Origin: Mobula birostris
Taxonomy: Eukaryota
Assembly (NCBI RefSeq): GCF_030028105.1
Contig: NC_092378.1
Location: 109,481,731 to 109,545,730 of the forward strand
Direction: 5' to 3'
Length of the DNA: 64,000 bases
The notes beneath the pieces were generated by a model that worked only from the letters and a program-made list of their open reading frames with translations, did no database searches and had not been told where the DNA came from. The position numbers and the translations under genes are program-made. Shown here one piece after another: positions 26,493 through 40,394 of the stretch; position 1 is the stretch's first letter, and each line of letters opens with the position of its first letter.

Positions 26493-29094
26493 GGATTATC
26501 TGAACCAGGTTATTTCCATTATATTAATAATTTTGGAACAGGAAGGGGAAAACAATAAACTTCAGGGTATCCCCAGTATTTAAGTGGCACTATGGAATGT
26601 GTTAAAAGATTAATATCCCAAACAATGGAAAAATGCAGCATTGTCTGATACTGCACTGATGGTAGCACAACATTTGTGGTCAAATTCTGGGATTTGGCAA
26701 ATGACCTAAGGCTTGCTTTAAACTTGAGCTGAAATTTATTACATTACCAGATTTTTTTTTATCATTGAGAGCTCTTTGGTACCTTCATTATGTGCAGTGA
26801 TGGTTGTGGTGATTAGGTTTATTTACGCTTCATGTTTGGAATATAACACATGTCCTATGAATTCAAGCAATTATCTGAATTTTTAAGATATTGCTGCAGA
26901 AGCTCCTTGTGGCAGCGTTGAAAGCACAAACATCTTCCGTTACACTTCAATGACTTTTCCTCTATCATAATATCAAAATAAGAATGGTTGCTGCTGGTTA
27001 CAGAGTTCTGTTTCCTTAACTTTCCACCTGCTGATTGCTGGCAAAAAAAGTGCATTTGTATCTAAATTGACATTTGAAAGAAAAGCATCAAATAACTAAT
27101 AACTGGAAGACTGAATTAGAACAAAGAAGATTCTGGAAAATGCTCTGCAAGTTTGCAGTATCTGGAAAGAGAAACAGATAATGTTTCAGGTTGAAGACTG
27201 TTCATCGAAGCTGAGAAAGGCAAAGTTGGTCTTAAGCGATTTTTTTTTCTTTTCTTTTTTTCCTCTCTTCCCCCCCCCCCACCGAGTTTGTGCAGGTTTT
27301 CTCGTGTTTGTGAAAATCAGTTCAAATAGCAGAGAAGTGAAGGGGGAGGGGAATGATGATGGTATGGAGGGGCAATGGATGGAGTGAATGAAATATCTGT
27401 AATAGGATGAAATAATGTTACCATTAGTCGGGCCTCTCACTGGGTCAAAATTCTGGAATGCCATCTAAGAGGCAATGTGGCACTTTGTAGCAAGATATGC
27501 AAAAACTTAAGTTGACTCATCACTTGTAACGGGGCAGTTAGGTAGGGACACTAAATGTAGTGTTCTCAGCAAATCCCATGACTCATAAATGAATTTAAAA
27601 CTTTTAGTTGAGTAGTGGAATTTTGCCAAGACATCGTGTATGGTATGAAGCTCCACCTATTTCTGGTAATTTGAGTCAAGCCAAAATAAGATTGAAGGTA
27701 AAGCTGTATACTGTCTCTGCATGGTTAGTTGCTGAAAGTCTGCTAAGTAAAGCAAACATGTAAAAGAAATATAAATTGGTTATAAAATGGGTTCGATATG
27801 AAGATTAATTTTGCAGTGTTTTATTGAGGGAGTAATTGAATTTCAGGATGTCCATAAATATGTTAGTTCCCTTTGAGGAGGAAAATCATTTTTATTTTAT
27901 TCAATAGCATAACTTAACAAAGATTCCTGCAAAGCTAATTTATTAAAAATGTCATTACACACGCAGGAAAATTTTGCTTTGCCACATAAATGACTAGTAG
28001 GCAGTTGACAGTTTATTTGTATGTAATTTTTCCACAGCTACTCACAGATGAAAACTAATAATTGACTTTGATGTTTTCTTTCCATCACTTTCAGACCACC
28101 ACAACCACTTGTTTATTAGTGAAGACAATTGCTTAAGGTGATACAGAAATTTTCCCATGGCAAAAGGATGTCAATGTTTCAAACTTTTATCAGTGAAAGG
28201 CATTCAAAGATGTTTGAAGGTTCATTTATTATCAAAGCATGTACAACTCTGAAATTTGTATTCTCCAGATAGCCACGAAACAAAGAAATAACATGAAAGT
28301 AATTGAGAGAGAAACGGCAAACCCACCCCCCTGTGCAAAAAAGAATTGCATCCCGATCATCACCCCTCCAAAACCTCCCTCAGCCCCCACAGAACAGGAA
28401 CATTGAACCCCCCCCCCAAAAACAACCCCTCCCCTGCACAAAATACCAATAGAACATTGACCCTCAAACACCCTCCTCTCACACAACAAATGGAAAATCA
28501 AACGGGTGATTTAACAAAAGATGCAGTATATAAAAACCATAGGTCTGAGAAAGTCCACAGTCCATAAACGAAATAGTCCAATCCATAAGTGCAGAGCCAC
28601 ATACCATCCTATGCTATTGCCAACAGTCATCGAAAGAGATGGACACCACACGAGGCAAGGCCTACCCGCCTGCCACAGCGAGCCACAGAGCAATAGACCG
28701 CTCACAGATTCCTCCTCTGGCACTGATCAAAAGGCAGGCAGTTGGCGCTGAAACTTTTTGCTCATTATAGGTGATGGAAATTGTCTTATGATGTACTTGT
28801 TAGCATAGTGCATCACTTGGAATCTGATTATATGTGGTACAAATGAAAATCAAATAATTGTTACAGCAAGGTCAGTTGCTATGATGGCTTCAAGTGGAGA
28901 AATCCCATTGCGCCCATTTTATTCCCACACTTTTTTTCCATTGTCTTTCAAATTGTTTACCCCACAAATATCTGTCTAACTTCTCTCTTGTAGAGCTTTG
29001 ATTACAAAGGGTGATGGAAATGGAGAGCAAATTCCAAGTAAACTAGAGTCTTGAGTAAAGGAACTTCTCCTTTCAGCTCTTTGGAGGTGGGAAG

Positions 29095-29280
29095 GTAGCA
29101 TAGTGGTTAGCAAAACGGTTTACGGTACAGGCAGCCCGGGTTCATTTCCCGGCGCTGCCTGTAAGGAGTTTGTACATTCTCCCCATGACCTTGTGGGTTT
29201 CCTCCGGTTTCCTCTGAGGGTCAGAAGACATAGGCTAATTGGTCATTGTAAGTTGTCCTTTGAGTAGGTGAGCATTAAAT
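29095..29280 (+). mobile_element. tRNA-derived SINE (V-SINE-like)
   Basis: A-box TAGTGGTTAG, B-box GGTTCATTTCC, GGAGTTTGTACATTCTCCCC..GTGGGTTTCCTCC core. Confidence 0.75.
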
Positions 29281-29885
29281 TAACTCTGCTAAATCTCAGT
29301 AAATACATTTTAAATATATGTATCAGTCCATGAACTGTTCAAATGGAAGTGGCTTGCTTCTGCTTTTTCAGAAAAGATAAATATTTATTCTAATTTTCTG
29401 CACCTGCACCTCCTTTTACTCCACTGCAGTTGGAAGGTACTCTGGTACAATTTTCTGAGCCTTTTGTTTTCTTAATATTGACCCAGGATAAATTAGTACA
29501 AAATTGGTCTTCAGTGTAATTGTTTCTTACTGCACTGCTGTACAGTCTTCAGCTAATTGCACTTGGAATGTTGCCTCTGAGGGAAAAATCAGTAGTGCTG
29601 TGCAAATTTCAGACTGCATTTCTATGTAGCTTGCAATATCTTTCAAAACTTGATGTAATGTTTTAATGATAGTAACTGATTAGTATGGTTAATTCAGCCT
29701 TGATTTACTTTGGGCTGGGTCAGATTACACTTGAAACCATGTCAACAAGTTTATTTTGAAAAAGGAAATGAGACCAGCCATGTAAATTTATTGACTCTAA
29801 AAGGCAGAAATAGAAACTTGCTTGTTCACGTGCACGCTTTTTGAAAATGTTAGGGGAAATTGGTAGACTTGCAAGAAGTACACGA

Positions 29886-31342
29886 ACAACAGGAATTCTG
29901 CAGATGCTGGAAATTCAAGCAACACACATAAAAGTTGCTGGTGAATGCAGCAGGCCAGGCAGCATCTCTAGGAAGAGGTGCAGTCGATGTTTCAGGCCAA
30001 GACCCTTCGTCAGGACTAACTGAAGAAAGAGTGAGTAAGGGATTTGAAAGTTGGACGGGGAGGGGGAGATCCAAAATGATAGGAGAAGACAGGAGGGGGA
30101 GGGATAGAGCCAAGAGCTGGACAGGTGATAGGCAAAAGGGATACGAGAGGATCATGGGACAGGAGGTCCAGGAAGAAAGACAAGGGGGGGGGACCCAGAG
30201 GATGGGCAAGGGGTATATTCAGAGGGACAGAGGGAGAAAAAGGAGAGTGAGAGAAGAATGTGTGTATAAAAATAAGTAACAGATGGGGTACGAGGGGGAG
30301 GTGGGGCATTAGCGGAAGTTAGAGGTCGATGTTCATGCCATCAGGTTGGAGGCTACTCAGACGGAATATAAGGTGTTGTTCCTCCAACCTGAGTGTGGCT
30401 TCATCTTTACAGTAGAGGAGGCTGTGGATAGACATGTCAAAATGGGAATGAGATGTGGAATTAAAATGTGTGGCCACTGGGAGATCCTGCTTTCTCTGGC
30501 GGACAGAACGTAGGCGTTCAGCAAAGCAGTCTCCCAGTCTGCGTCGGGTCTCGCCAATATATAAAGGGCCACATCGGGAGCACCGGATGCAGTATATCAC
30601 CCCAGCCGACTCACAGGTGAAGTGGTGCTTCACCTGGAAGGACTGTTTGGGACCCTGAATGGCGGTAAGGGAGGAAGTGTAAGGGCATGTGTAGCACTTG
30701 TTCCGCTTACACGGATAAGTGCCAGGAGGGAGATCAGTGGGGAGGGATGGGGGGGCACGAATGGACAAGGGAGTCGCGTAGGGAGCGATCCCTGCGGAAT
30801 GCAGAGAGAGGGGGGGATGGAAAGATGTGCTTAGTGGTGGGATCCCGTTGGAGGTGGCGGAAGTTACGGAGAATAATATGTTGGACCCGGAGGCTGGTGG
30901 GGTGGTAGGTGAGGACTAGGGGAGCCCTATTCCTAGTGGAGTGGCAGGAGGATGGAGTGAGAGCAGATGTACGTGAAATGGAGGAGATGCGTTTAAGAGC
31001 AGAGTTGATAGTGGAGGAAGGGAAGCCCCTTTCTTTAAAAAAGGAAGACATCTCCCTCGTCCTAGAATGAAAAGCCTCATCCTGAGAGCAGATGCGGCGG
31101 AGACCGAGGAATTGCGAGAAGGGGATGGCGTTTTTGCAAGAGACAGGGTGAGAAGAGGAATAGTTCAGATAGCTGTGAGAGTCAGTAGGCTTATAGTAGA
31201 CATCAGTGGATAAGCTGTCTCCAGAGACAGAGACAGAAAGATCTAGAAAGGGGAGGGAGGTGCCGGAAATGGACCAGGTAAACTTGAGGGCAGGGTGAAA
31301 GTTGGAGGCAAAGTTAATGAAGTCAACGAGCTCTGCATGCCC
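29886..31342 (-). mobile_element. 5'-truncated Penelope-like element (RT thumb + GIY-YIG + pseudo-LTR)
   Basis: ORFs 30734-31396 (LPFLD, YYKPTDSHSYL) and 30319-30768 (GVIYCIRCSRC..LYIGET); 12-bp TSD AGAAGTACACGA at 29874-29885 and 31343-31354. Confidence 0.92.
29981..30018 (-). ncRNA. Hammerhead motif, near intact (AUC site)
   Basis: Minus strand TAGTC-CTGACGA-AGGGTCTTGGCCT-GAAAC-ATC-GACTG; one CpG-type change breaks the ACGT palindrome. Confidence 0.6.
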
Positions 31343-31939
31343 AGAAGTACACGAGATTGATGCTTTATAATTAGAAGCTTTGCTGAATGTTGTCATTATA
31401 AAAATTAAATGTCACACTTTATGAATTAATGTCGTGGTGTAATGTAGAGTTGGCCCGGGCATGGTGGATTCACAGATGCTGTACATCTGGAAAGCCGTCA
31501 AGCATGTTTTGAGGAGAAGCAGGGAGTCTGAGTGCTCATGATTTTGACAGAAGAGTTAGAGTGAAACTTTGTATTTGTTTTCACTGATGGATAACATTGA
31601 CTTCCTGTGCATGATAGCAGTTTCATATCACGCAAAGGAAATCTGAATTGTTTTGCATACATCAACTTCTGGAATGCACTGCCTGGTTAGAATTGAGAGC
31701 AGATATTATTGTACAAATTTGATAATTTTTCATAAGATGCGGAGGTAAACATATGGAGTTTTAAAAAGGTGTAGAATATGTACTTAATGAAAATGGCCAA
31801 CTGGGCTGGTCTCATTTCCTTTTTCAAAATAATTTGAAAACACTGCCTTTTCCATTATGTTTCTTTGTGTGAACTGCTGTATGAAGTTTGAATAATTTCA
31901 GAATTGTGACTTTTGTTTATAAATCAAACACAGGACACA

Positions 31940-32024
31940 ATGTCAGAAGAACCACCACCTCCATATCCTGGGGGACCTTCTGCTCCATTGCTGGAAGAGA
32001 AATCAGGACAACCACCATCAACAG
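31940..32024 (+). CDS. CDIP1: CDIP1 coding exon 1 ([28 protein letters not shown])
   Basis: Acceptor CAG at 31931-31933, ATG 31940, donor CAG|GTAAAG; PPPY and PSAP motifs as in the vertebrate CDIP1 N-terminus; 85 nt, ends phase 1. Confidence 0.95.
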
Positions 32025-32914
32025 GTAAAGACCAAGTTCTAGCAAAGGCCGTAAGACATGGGAGCAGTATTAGGCCATTTGGCCCATCGAGTCTGCTCCG
32101 CCATTTCATCATTGCTGGTCCATTTGTCTTCTCAACCCCAATCTCCTGCCTTCTCCCCATATCCCTTCATTCCCTGACCAAGCAAGAGTTTTTCATATTA
32201 TATACTTCCACTCGTATGTCAAAAAAATTAAATATCTTGGAATAGTTCAGACTTTACGAAAAGAAATTTCAAAACTTTTTGAAGTGAGATGGATATTTTT
32301 ATCAGTTCTATTTCAGTGCTAGACTATGAAAATGAATAGAATAGTTCATTTTAACTTTAACTTTAGTTCTAACTTTATTGATAATTAAAGTGGTTAGGTT
32401 AGAATGACACTTAAAATGAACTTTTTGAGCCTGTATTTTGCAATTTTATATTTAAATAACCACTAATCTTTATTCTTTTTTGCTCATAATCCACACTTTG
32501 TATTTACTTGTTTTTACCATAACGCTCTATTGATCAGAAGAAGTAGTGGGAAAATAGAGTTGTTTGCTAGACAGCTGACTCAAGTGAACCATATTCCAAG
32601 CAACTATCAAGAATCATACTATAATACTTTAAAAAGCTTAATTATAAAAACATTTTTTCTTGGAAAATAAAAGCATGCAAGTTAAGGTTTTGGATGAAAT
32701 AAATAAGTAAACTGGCTTGTTAATTTTTTTCTAAACACTTTGTTCTGGGTGGAAATGCAGAAATAATAACTAGTTAAATGAAGTCAGATCTTGAGTTTGA
32801 AAGCCTACATCATTCACAATAACGTGAATTTTACGTGGTGTAAGAACTTTACTTACACCAGGGGCTGTTTCACTTAAGAGTATGTTGAGGTCTTTGAAGT
32901 CAGTTCCTCAAAGA

Positions 32915-33325
32915 GCATAAGACATAGGAGCAGAATTATGCCATTCAGCCCATTGAATCTGCTCTGCTATTCCATCATGGCTGATCCTGGAACCCACTCA
33001 AACCCATACACCTGTCTTCTCGTCATATTCTTTGATGCCCTCACCGATCAGGAAACTATCAACTTTCACCTTAAATATGCTCACAGACTTGGCCTCCACT
33101 GCAGTCTGGCAGAGCATTCCACAGATTTGCTACTCTCTAGCTAAAAAAAAAATCCACATTACCTCTGTTCCAAAAGATTGCCTCTTAATTTTTAGGTTAT
33201 GCCCTCTAGTTCTGGATACCTCCACCATAGGAAATGTCCTCTCCACATCTGCTCTATGTAGTCCTTTTCAGCATTCGGTAAGTTTCAATGAGATCGCACC
33301 TCTCCTGCATTCTTCTAAATTTCAG
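32915..33325 (-). mobile_element. CR1 3' end fragment
   Basis: CATAAGACATAGGAGCAGAATT tail and 3' region shared with 34061-34470; a shorter copy lies at about 32050-32190. Confidence 0.7.
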
Positions 33326-33539
33326 GCATGGCAAACTGGAGCCACACAAAGATATAGGTAAGATTGGATCTAAAATGATCCAGGCAGTGATTTATTGATG
33401 ATTTCAAAAGTAAGCAGCCTTAATTGAATAATGTAAGATAGTTGGATGTTAAATAAAGAACTTCTGTTCGATAATTATTTGCTTTCTTGTTTAAATTATT
33501 TTTAAATTCATAATACAGAATTTTCCCCTCCCCCTTCAG

Positions 33540-33698
33540 GGTATATGTCACCTGCTGCTACTACTGCTACCACCATTCAACCTCAAGGGTATTCTATGCC
33601 ACCTGATGGTGGACCACCTCCTTATGAGCCAATGCCTCAACCGGGATTTGTGCCCCTTCACACACCTGCAGAAGGTGCCGTGCCAATGCAACCACATG
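33540..33698 (+). CDS. CDIP1: CDIP1 coding exon 2 (proline-rich, GPPPYEPMPQPGF)
   Basis: CCCCTTCAG| acceptor, ATG|GTAACT donor, 159 nt, phase 1-1; an alternative in-frame acceptor lies at 33519. Confidence 0.9.
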
Positions 33699-33814
33699 GT
33701 AACTATCATTGATGTGATTCTGGAATTTGAGAGAATTGAGTGTGTTGTTGGTAATTTCCAATCTAATGAGATACGTGGTGAGGTAAAGTGAGATGAATGC
33801 GCTCTGCAATTGTA

Positions 33815-36430
33815 AACACAAGGGCTTCTGTAGGTGCTGGAAATCCAGAGAACACACATCAAATGCAGAAGGGACTCAGCAGCTCAGTCAACATGGAGGG
33901 GAATAAACAATCGACATTTTAGGCTGAGACCTTTCATCAGGACTGGAAAGAAAGAGGGATGAAGCCAGAATAAGGTTGTGGGGGAAGGGGAAGGAGTGGG
34001 AGGGTTAAAGTGAGAAGGTGGGAGGTAATTGGTGGGAAAGGTAAAGTGCTGAAGGAGGAACTTCATAAGACCATAAGATACAGGAGCAGAATAGGGCCAT
34101 TTGGCCCATCAAGCCTGCGCTGCCATTTCATCATGGCTGATCCAATTTTCCTCTCTGCCTCAATCTCCTGTCTTCTCCCTGTATCCCTTCATGCCCTGAC
34201 CAATCAAGAATCTATTAACGCCTGCCTTAAATATACATAAAGACTTGGCCTCCACAGCTGCCTGACGCAACAAATTCCATAGATTCGCCCCTCTCTGGCT
34301 AAAGAAATTCCTCTTCATCTTCGTTCTAAAAGGATCCCCTTCTATTCTGATGCTGTGCCCACTGGTCTTAATCTCTCCCAGCATAGGAAGCAACCTCTCC
34401 ACGTCCACTCTATCATGGCCTTTCACTATTTGATAGGTTTTAATGAGGTCACCCTTATTCTTCTGAATTCTAGTAAATATTGGCCCAGAGCCATCTAATG
34501 CTCTTCATATGACAAGCCTGGAATCATTTTTGTGAACCTCCTTTGAACCCTCCCCAGTGTCAGCACATTTTTTTTCTAAGATAAGGGGCCCGAAACTACC
34601 CACAATACTCCAAGTGAGGCCTCGCCAGTGCTTTATAAAGTCTCAACATTACATACTTGCTTTTATAATCTAGTCCCTTTGAGATGAATGCTAACATTGC
34701 ACTTGGCTTCCTCACCACAGACCCAACCTGCAGATCAACCTTTAGGGAATCATGCACAAGGAGTCTCAAGTCCCTAAGCACCTAATTTTATTTTTTTGTA
34801 TTTTCTCTCCATTTAGAAAATAGTCAATCCTTTCATTTCTTCTACCAAAGGTACATGACTAAACACTTCCTGACATTGTACTCTACCTGCCACTTCTTTG
34901 CCCATTCCCCTAATCTGTCTAAGTCCTTTTGTAGATTCTCTACTTCATCAAAACTACCTACTCCTCCACCTATCTTCATATCGGCTGCAAACTTTGCATC
35001 AATTCCATCATCCAAATTGTTGACATATAAAGTAAAAAGAATTGGTCCAAACACAGACTCCTGTGAAACACCATTAGTCTCCAGCAGCCAAACAGAAAAG
35101 GCTCCCTTTATTCCTATTCTTTGCCTCCTGCTAATCACCCACTGCTTTGTCCATGCTAGCATCTTTCTTGTAATACCATGAGTTTGTAGCTTGTTAAGCA
35201 GCCTCCTTGTCAAGGCCTTCTGAAAATCCAAGTGCAAAACATCAACTGAATCTCCTTTATCCATCCTGCGTGTTATTTCTTCAAAGAATTCCAACAGATT
35301 TGTCAGGCAAGGTTTTCCTTGGTGGAAACCATGCTGGTTAGGGCCTACTTTATCATGTTCCTCCAAGTACTCTTAAGACCTCGTCTTTCAGAATCGACTC
35401 CAACATCTCTCCAACCACCAAGGTCAGACTAACTGGCCTATAGTTTCCTTTCTTGTGGAGTGACATTTGCAGTCCTCCTCTCTGATAGGAGATGAGACTC
35501 AACATTGGAGAAAGGGGAGGAGGAGAGATGTCAGAGAGAGGTGATGGGTCGGTGAGAAGGGAAAAGGTAAGAAGGGAGCCAGAATAGGATTGGGGGAAAA
35601 AAGGATGAAGAGGAGAGAAATTACTGGAAGTTGGAGAAATCGTGGCAGTAGAGAAGCCGAGGGTCTGACATGTTGGAACGGGAAGCAGAGTTAAAATGGA
35701 TGGTCACTGGGAAATCCTGCCTGTTGTGGCAGACAAAAATTCTTGATGAAGTAGTCTTCCAATCTATTTTTGTCTTGCTGGTTTAGAGGAGGCTGCATCT
35801 GGAGCACTGGGTACAGTACATAACCCCGATAGACTTGTAGGGGAAGTGTTGCCTCGCTTGGAAGGACTTTTTGGGGCCCTGAATGGTGGTGAGGGAGGTG
35901 GTGAAGGGGCAGGTACAGCATTTGTCTGCCACAGCAGGTGGTCCATGGCCACCTCTATTGCTGCCATGAGGCCACTGTCAGGTTAAAGGAGCAACACCTA
36001 ATATTTTGTCTGGGTAACCTCCAACCTGATGGCATGAACATTGATTTCTCTAACTTTCGGTAATTTTGCTCTCTGTTCACTCCTCCCCCCATCCCCCTTC
36101 TCACCTGCCCAGCACCTTCCTCTGAGTCCCTCCTCTTTTCTTTTCTTCCATGGTCCCCTCTCCTTTCCTACCAGGTTCTTGCTTCAGCCCTTTAGCTTTT
36201 CCACATTTCACCTCCTAATTTCTCACATTGCCCCACCTTCATGCTCATCTGGCTTCACCTATCACTTGCCAACTTTTGGCCCTCCAAACCCACTTTTTTT
36301 ATTCTGGCTCCTTACCCCTTCCTTTCCATTTCTGATGAAGAGTTTTGGCCTGAAGCATCAAATGTTTGTTCCCCTCTGTAGATATTGCCTGACCTGAGTT
36401 CCTCCAGCTTTTTTTCTGTGATGCTCTGCA
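33815..36430. mobile_element. Inverted Penelope-like structure (minus 33815-35935, plus about 35945-36430) interrupted by a CR1 insertion
   Basis: Minus pseudo-LTR breaks at about 34060 and resumes at about 35480; plus-strand GIY-YIG C-terminus and pseudo-LTR follow. Confidence 0.65.
34061..35470 (-). mobile_element. CR1 LINE 3' portion
   Basis: ORF 34842-35366 QHGF..CLTNLLEFFEE..LDFQKA..KFAAD; ALARPHLEYC. Confidence 0.85.
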
Positions 36431-38029
36431 ATACTTCTGTAAGAAATTTGCATGAAATGAAGGTTCCTTTTGAAGTGATATTTGCTGATGAACAGAATTT
36501 TATAAATTAATAAGTAACTCCAGTTACTTTTAAAATGTATATGCCTATTTTCTAATACCCTGGATGGATAATATGAAATCTATTGTACAATTATCTGGAG
36601 TTCTTGGCATCCCTTTTGAAATGGAGCAAAAGTATCAGATCCTGGGGGCTTCATTGAAGTGAGTAACTTTTAATGGTGTCATTTGCACTTTCTTGAAAGT
36701 AGTGTGTTTGGGTTGGAATTCTATCCAGACAATTGGGATAACAGTTGTGGAGTCCTCATTTCAGATGAGTGCAATTAAAATCTAAATTTGATTTCATAAT
36801 CCAGAACATACCCTATTTCCATTACTATCAACAGGGAGGAGGTACAAGAGCCTGAAGACTCATACTGAAAGATTTAGAGAAAGCTTCTTCCCCTCCCACC
36901 CCGCCAGCAGCTATCTGAATGGTCCATGAGCACCACTTTTTTGCATATTATTTTTATAACTTAACAATTTTATGTCTTTGTACTTTTCCAAAACAGCAAA
37001 TATTTCTTAGTCTACATCAGTAAGTAATTCTAATTCTACAATCAAAATATTGATTATTTCAGCAAGATGGGTAATTTTCACTTGAGGCCATTTCTTTGAT
37101 TGAGCAATCTAGTTGGTCTCAATTGTGACCTCTTTTCCACATTTGATTTTATTTTTCCTCCATGTTATTTAACCACACCATCAGACAATGCATTCCCAAC
37201 TCTTAACTACATAGTTTTAATTTTCAGGAAGCTGTTTCTCTCTTCTAAACACTCCATTATTATACGTATCCTCAGTTTTAAAGTTTCCTTTCCCCGTCAG
37301 TCTGCTAAATTGAAACACACCATCACTGAAACCTATTGAGTAAATTTCCACTTGTATTTTCTCAAGATACAATTAGTGCGGTATCTTGAGAATAATGGGG
37401 TTAAAAAGTGCAGTGAAATTACTATTGAGAATTTTCTGCTCCAGATGTATGCACCTAACCTTATGGTGAATTGGTTATCTATCATGTTGCCAAGTTGCAG
37501 GCAGTGCTCATTGTTTTTTCATACTTTAAACTTTGTTCAGTTATAAAAAACACAAAAACCTATAATTCTGGAACTAGGCCATATCTGGTGGCAGTTGCAG
37601 CTAGAGAACCTGAACTCGTGTGTTATCTGTTGTTTTTAAAAAAAATAGTAAGTGGAATCAGGAATAATCCATGTGGTCCTTCGAGCCTACTCCATCATTC
37701 ACACCAGCATAAGAATTAGGGGCAGGCCAGTTCACACCTTGGGCTTGCTCTGCCAGGTGGCAACTGATCTGATTGCAGCTTCAATTCTCCGTTCTTCAAC
37801 CCCAGTATTCTTCAGCAACCTAATCAAAAATCTATCTACTAATACCCTCAAAATTATTTGAAGACTTGGAAGTCCCTTGCTCTTTAAGGGTTGAGCTTGT
37901 TTTTCTTCTTTTCCTTGTTTGTCTTAAATATACGATCCCTTACTTTTTAAAGAATTTCTGTTATGTATCAATTCTGTCAAGAGGAAGCATCCAGCATGCA
38001 ATCTATTGAGACCCCTTTTTTAATCATTA

Positions 38030-38570
38030 ACCCCTGTACCTAATAAAGTAGCCACTGATTGTATGTTCGTGGTCTTCTGCTGCTGTAGCCCATCCATTCA
38101 AGGTTCGATGTGCTGTGTGTTCAGAGATGCTCTTCTGCCCACCACCGTTGTACTTGCTGCCTGTTAGGCCACTGGTGCTTAGGGCAGCACATCTCTATTG
38201 TAACATGTGGTTATTTGAGTTACTGTCACCTTCCTGTCAGATTGGACCAGTTTGGCCATTCTCCTCTGACCTCCCTCATTAACAAGGTGTTTTCACCCAC
38301 AGTAATGTTGCTCACTAAGTGTTTTTTTTGTTTTTTTTTTCACCATTCTCTGAAAATCCCAGGAAATCAGTTTCTAAGATGCTCAGACCACCCTGTCTGG
38401 CACCAACAATCATTCCATGGTCTACATCACGTGGATCACATTTCTGCCCCACTCTGAACAACAACTGAACCTCTTGACCATGCTTCTATGCACTGGGATG
38501 CTGATTGTATATTTAAATATTTGCAGCAGTGCGCAAGTGTACAGGTGTACCTAATAAAGTGGCCACATAG
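38030..38570 (-). mobile_element. Tc1-like non-autonomous element, same family as 52100-52662
   Basis: Collinear similarity and the same terminal motif. Confidence 0.7.
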
Positions 38571-40111
38571 CTGATCTACCTCAGTTCAGTTTTCTTGCCC
38601 TAACCTCCATATGACTTAAATTTCTAGATATTAAAGGAGTCATCACTCTGTTTTGTATAGTCGTCTAGTGCTGTAAATCATAGAGATTCACCAACCTCTG
38701 CTTAAAAAGAGTATTCAATTTAATTATAAATATCCTGCCTATTTATGCTGATACTGGGTTGGCTCATTCAAGACTCCATCCAAGTGAAGCGCCTTTCCTG
38801 CATCTAGTCTCTTGAACCAGTAAGAATTTAGTAAGTTTCAATGAGATCATCTCATTAGTCTGAACTATCATACATAATATAGTATGGCAAACCCACCATC
38901 CTGGGAGCTATTCTAGTGAATCTTCATTCCTGAACACTCATCCTCTTGTGCTGCACCTGGATGTTTTTATGACTTGTTTGCATCCTCTAAGTTTTTTTTT
39001 AAGTAATATTCCCCGATCTGTTAACATTTTTTTCAAGTCTTTTCTGCTATTTGTACTGTGGATGTTCTCACTTTGTTTCACCTACCATTTTCTTGCCCAT
39101 TTTTTGGATCTTATTATTAAACCCTCAACATTTTACTCACTATCCCACCTAGTTTTATATAAACAGCGAACTGAACTCCAGTAAGAATTACACTTTCATT
39201 TAAAATCTAATGTTTAATCCCCTTTAAAGAACATTGTATAAGGGAAAGGATATGCAGAACAGTGTGAGACTGATTACATTATCAACAGGGTAACAAAATG
39301 ACCAGTGAAGTATTTTGAAAATGTCAACCTTGGAATTTTCACAGATTAACTCATAGAAATACTATATCAAAGAAGGGGCTATTGAACCCATTCTATTCAT
39401 ATAGGCTACCATTAATTATTTATCTCTGCCAAGGGAAGTGTACTTTTCTAGCAATGTTGTATAATTTCTTAAAAGAAAAGACAGCTCAGCAAATGCTTCA
39501 ACTGGTTCCAATTCTATAGCTCTACCAACATTCTTTTAAATTATCACTACGGCCTATCTTTATATTTCCTTATGACACAGGCAGAGTCAATTCAGCTGCC
39601 TCTCAGAGCAACCAAATTTGAACGCTCATCCCCCCCCCATTTATTTTCTTATTCTTTCTATCATCAGTTCTGTCATCTCCATTCATCAGACCTCCATTCT
39701 GTCATCTGTCATCTCTCTAAATTAGTACTGTGGCAACCTAACTTAAAAGCCAGTACATCTTTGGCACGTGAAAGCAAGTTGGAACACCCGTGAGAAAGAG
39801 AAACTCTGCACGTAACACCATCGGCCAGGATTGAGCCTAGTCTGCTGGGAGCTGTGACACAGCTATACTACCTGCAACACCTCTGCTTCTCCATCTTTGT
39901 GCTATTGCAGTAGGTAGCACTCCAAGGTTAATAGTGTCTGTGACCTCTCTGCTCCTGTCATTGCAAGTAACCCCAGTGGACAACAAGAAGGACATCTTGT
40001 GTAACCAAACATACTTATTTTTTAAATTTTATTTACATGAACAAAGGAAATTGAAGTTTAAAAGATAAGGCTATTGATGTATTGGTAATCTTGTTTTTTT
40101 TTTCTTAACAG

Positions 40112-40394
40112 GATACTATCCAGCTGCTGGACAGTACCCGCCTTCAGGTCCATTTATACCCCCTGGCCATTATCCACCCCCTCCTGGGCACTATCCCCCT
40201 CATAGTGGACAAACAGCAACTGTTATAGTCCCCCCAGGTGCAGCAACAACAGTGACAGTGCTGCAAGGGGAGATGTTTCAAGCTGCACCAGTCCAGACTG
40301 TATGCCCTCACTGTCAGCAGGCTATTACGACCAAGATCACTTATGAGCTAGGCTTATTGAATACGTTATTCTGCCTCTTCTGCTGTTTTATGGG
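40112..40394 (+). CDS. CDIP1: CDIP1 coding exon 3 (start of LITAF zinc-ribbon domain)
   Basis: TTTTCTTAACAG| acceptor; encodes ...[51 protein letters not shown]; GG|GTAAGT donor; 283 nt, phase 1-2. Confidence 0.97.

Noticed and set aside
29095-29170. tRNA gene
   Set aside because: A and B boxes present but no cloverleaf; continues into SINE core.
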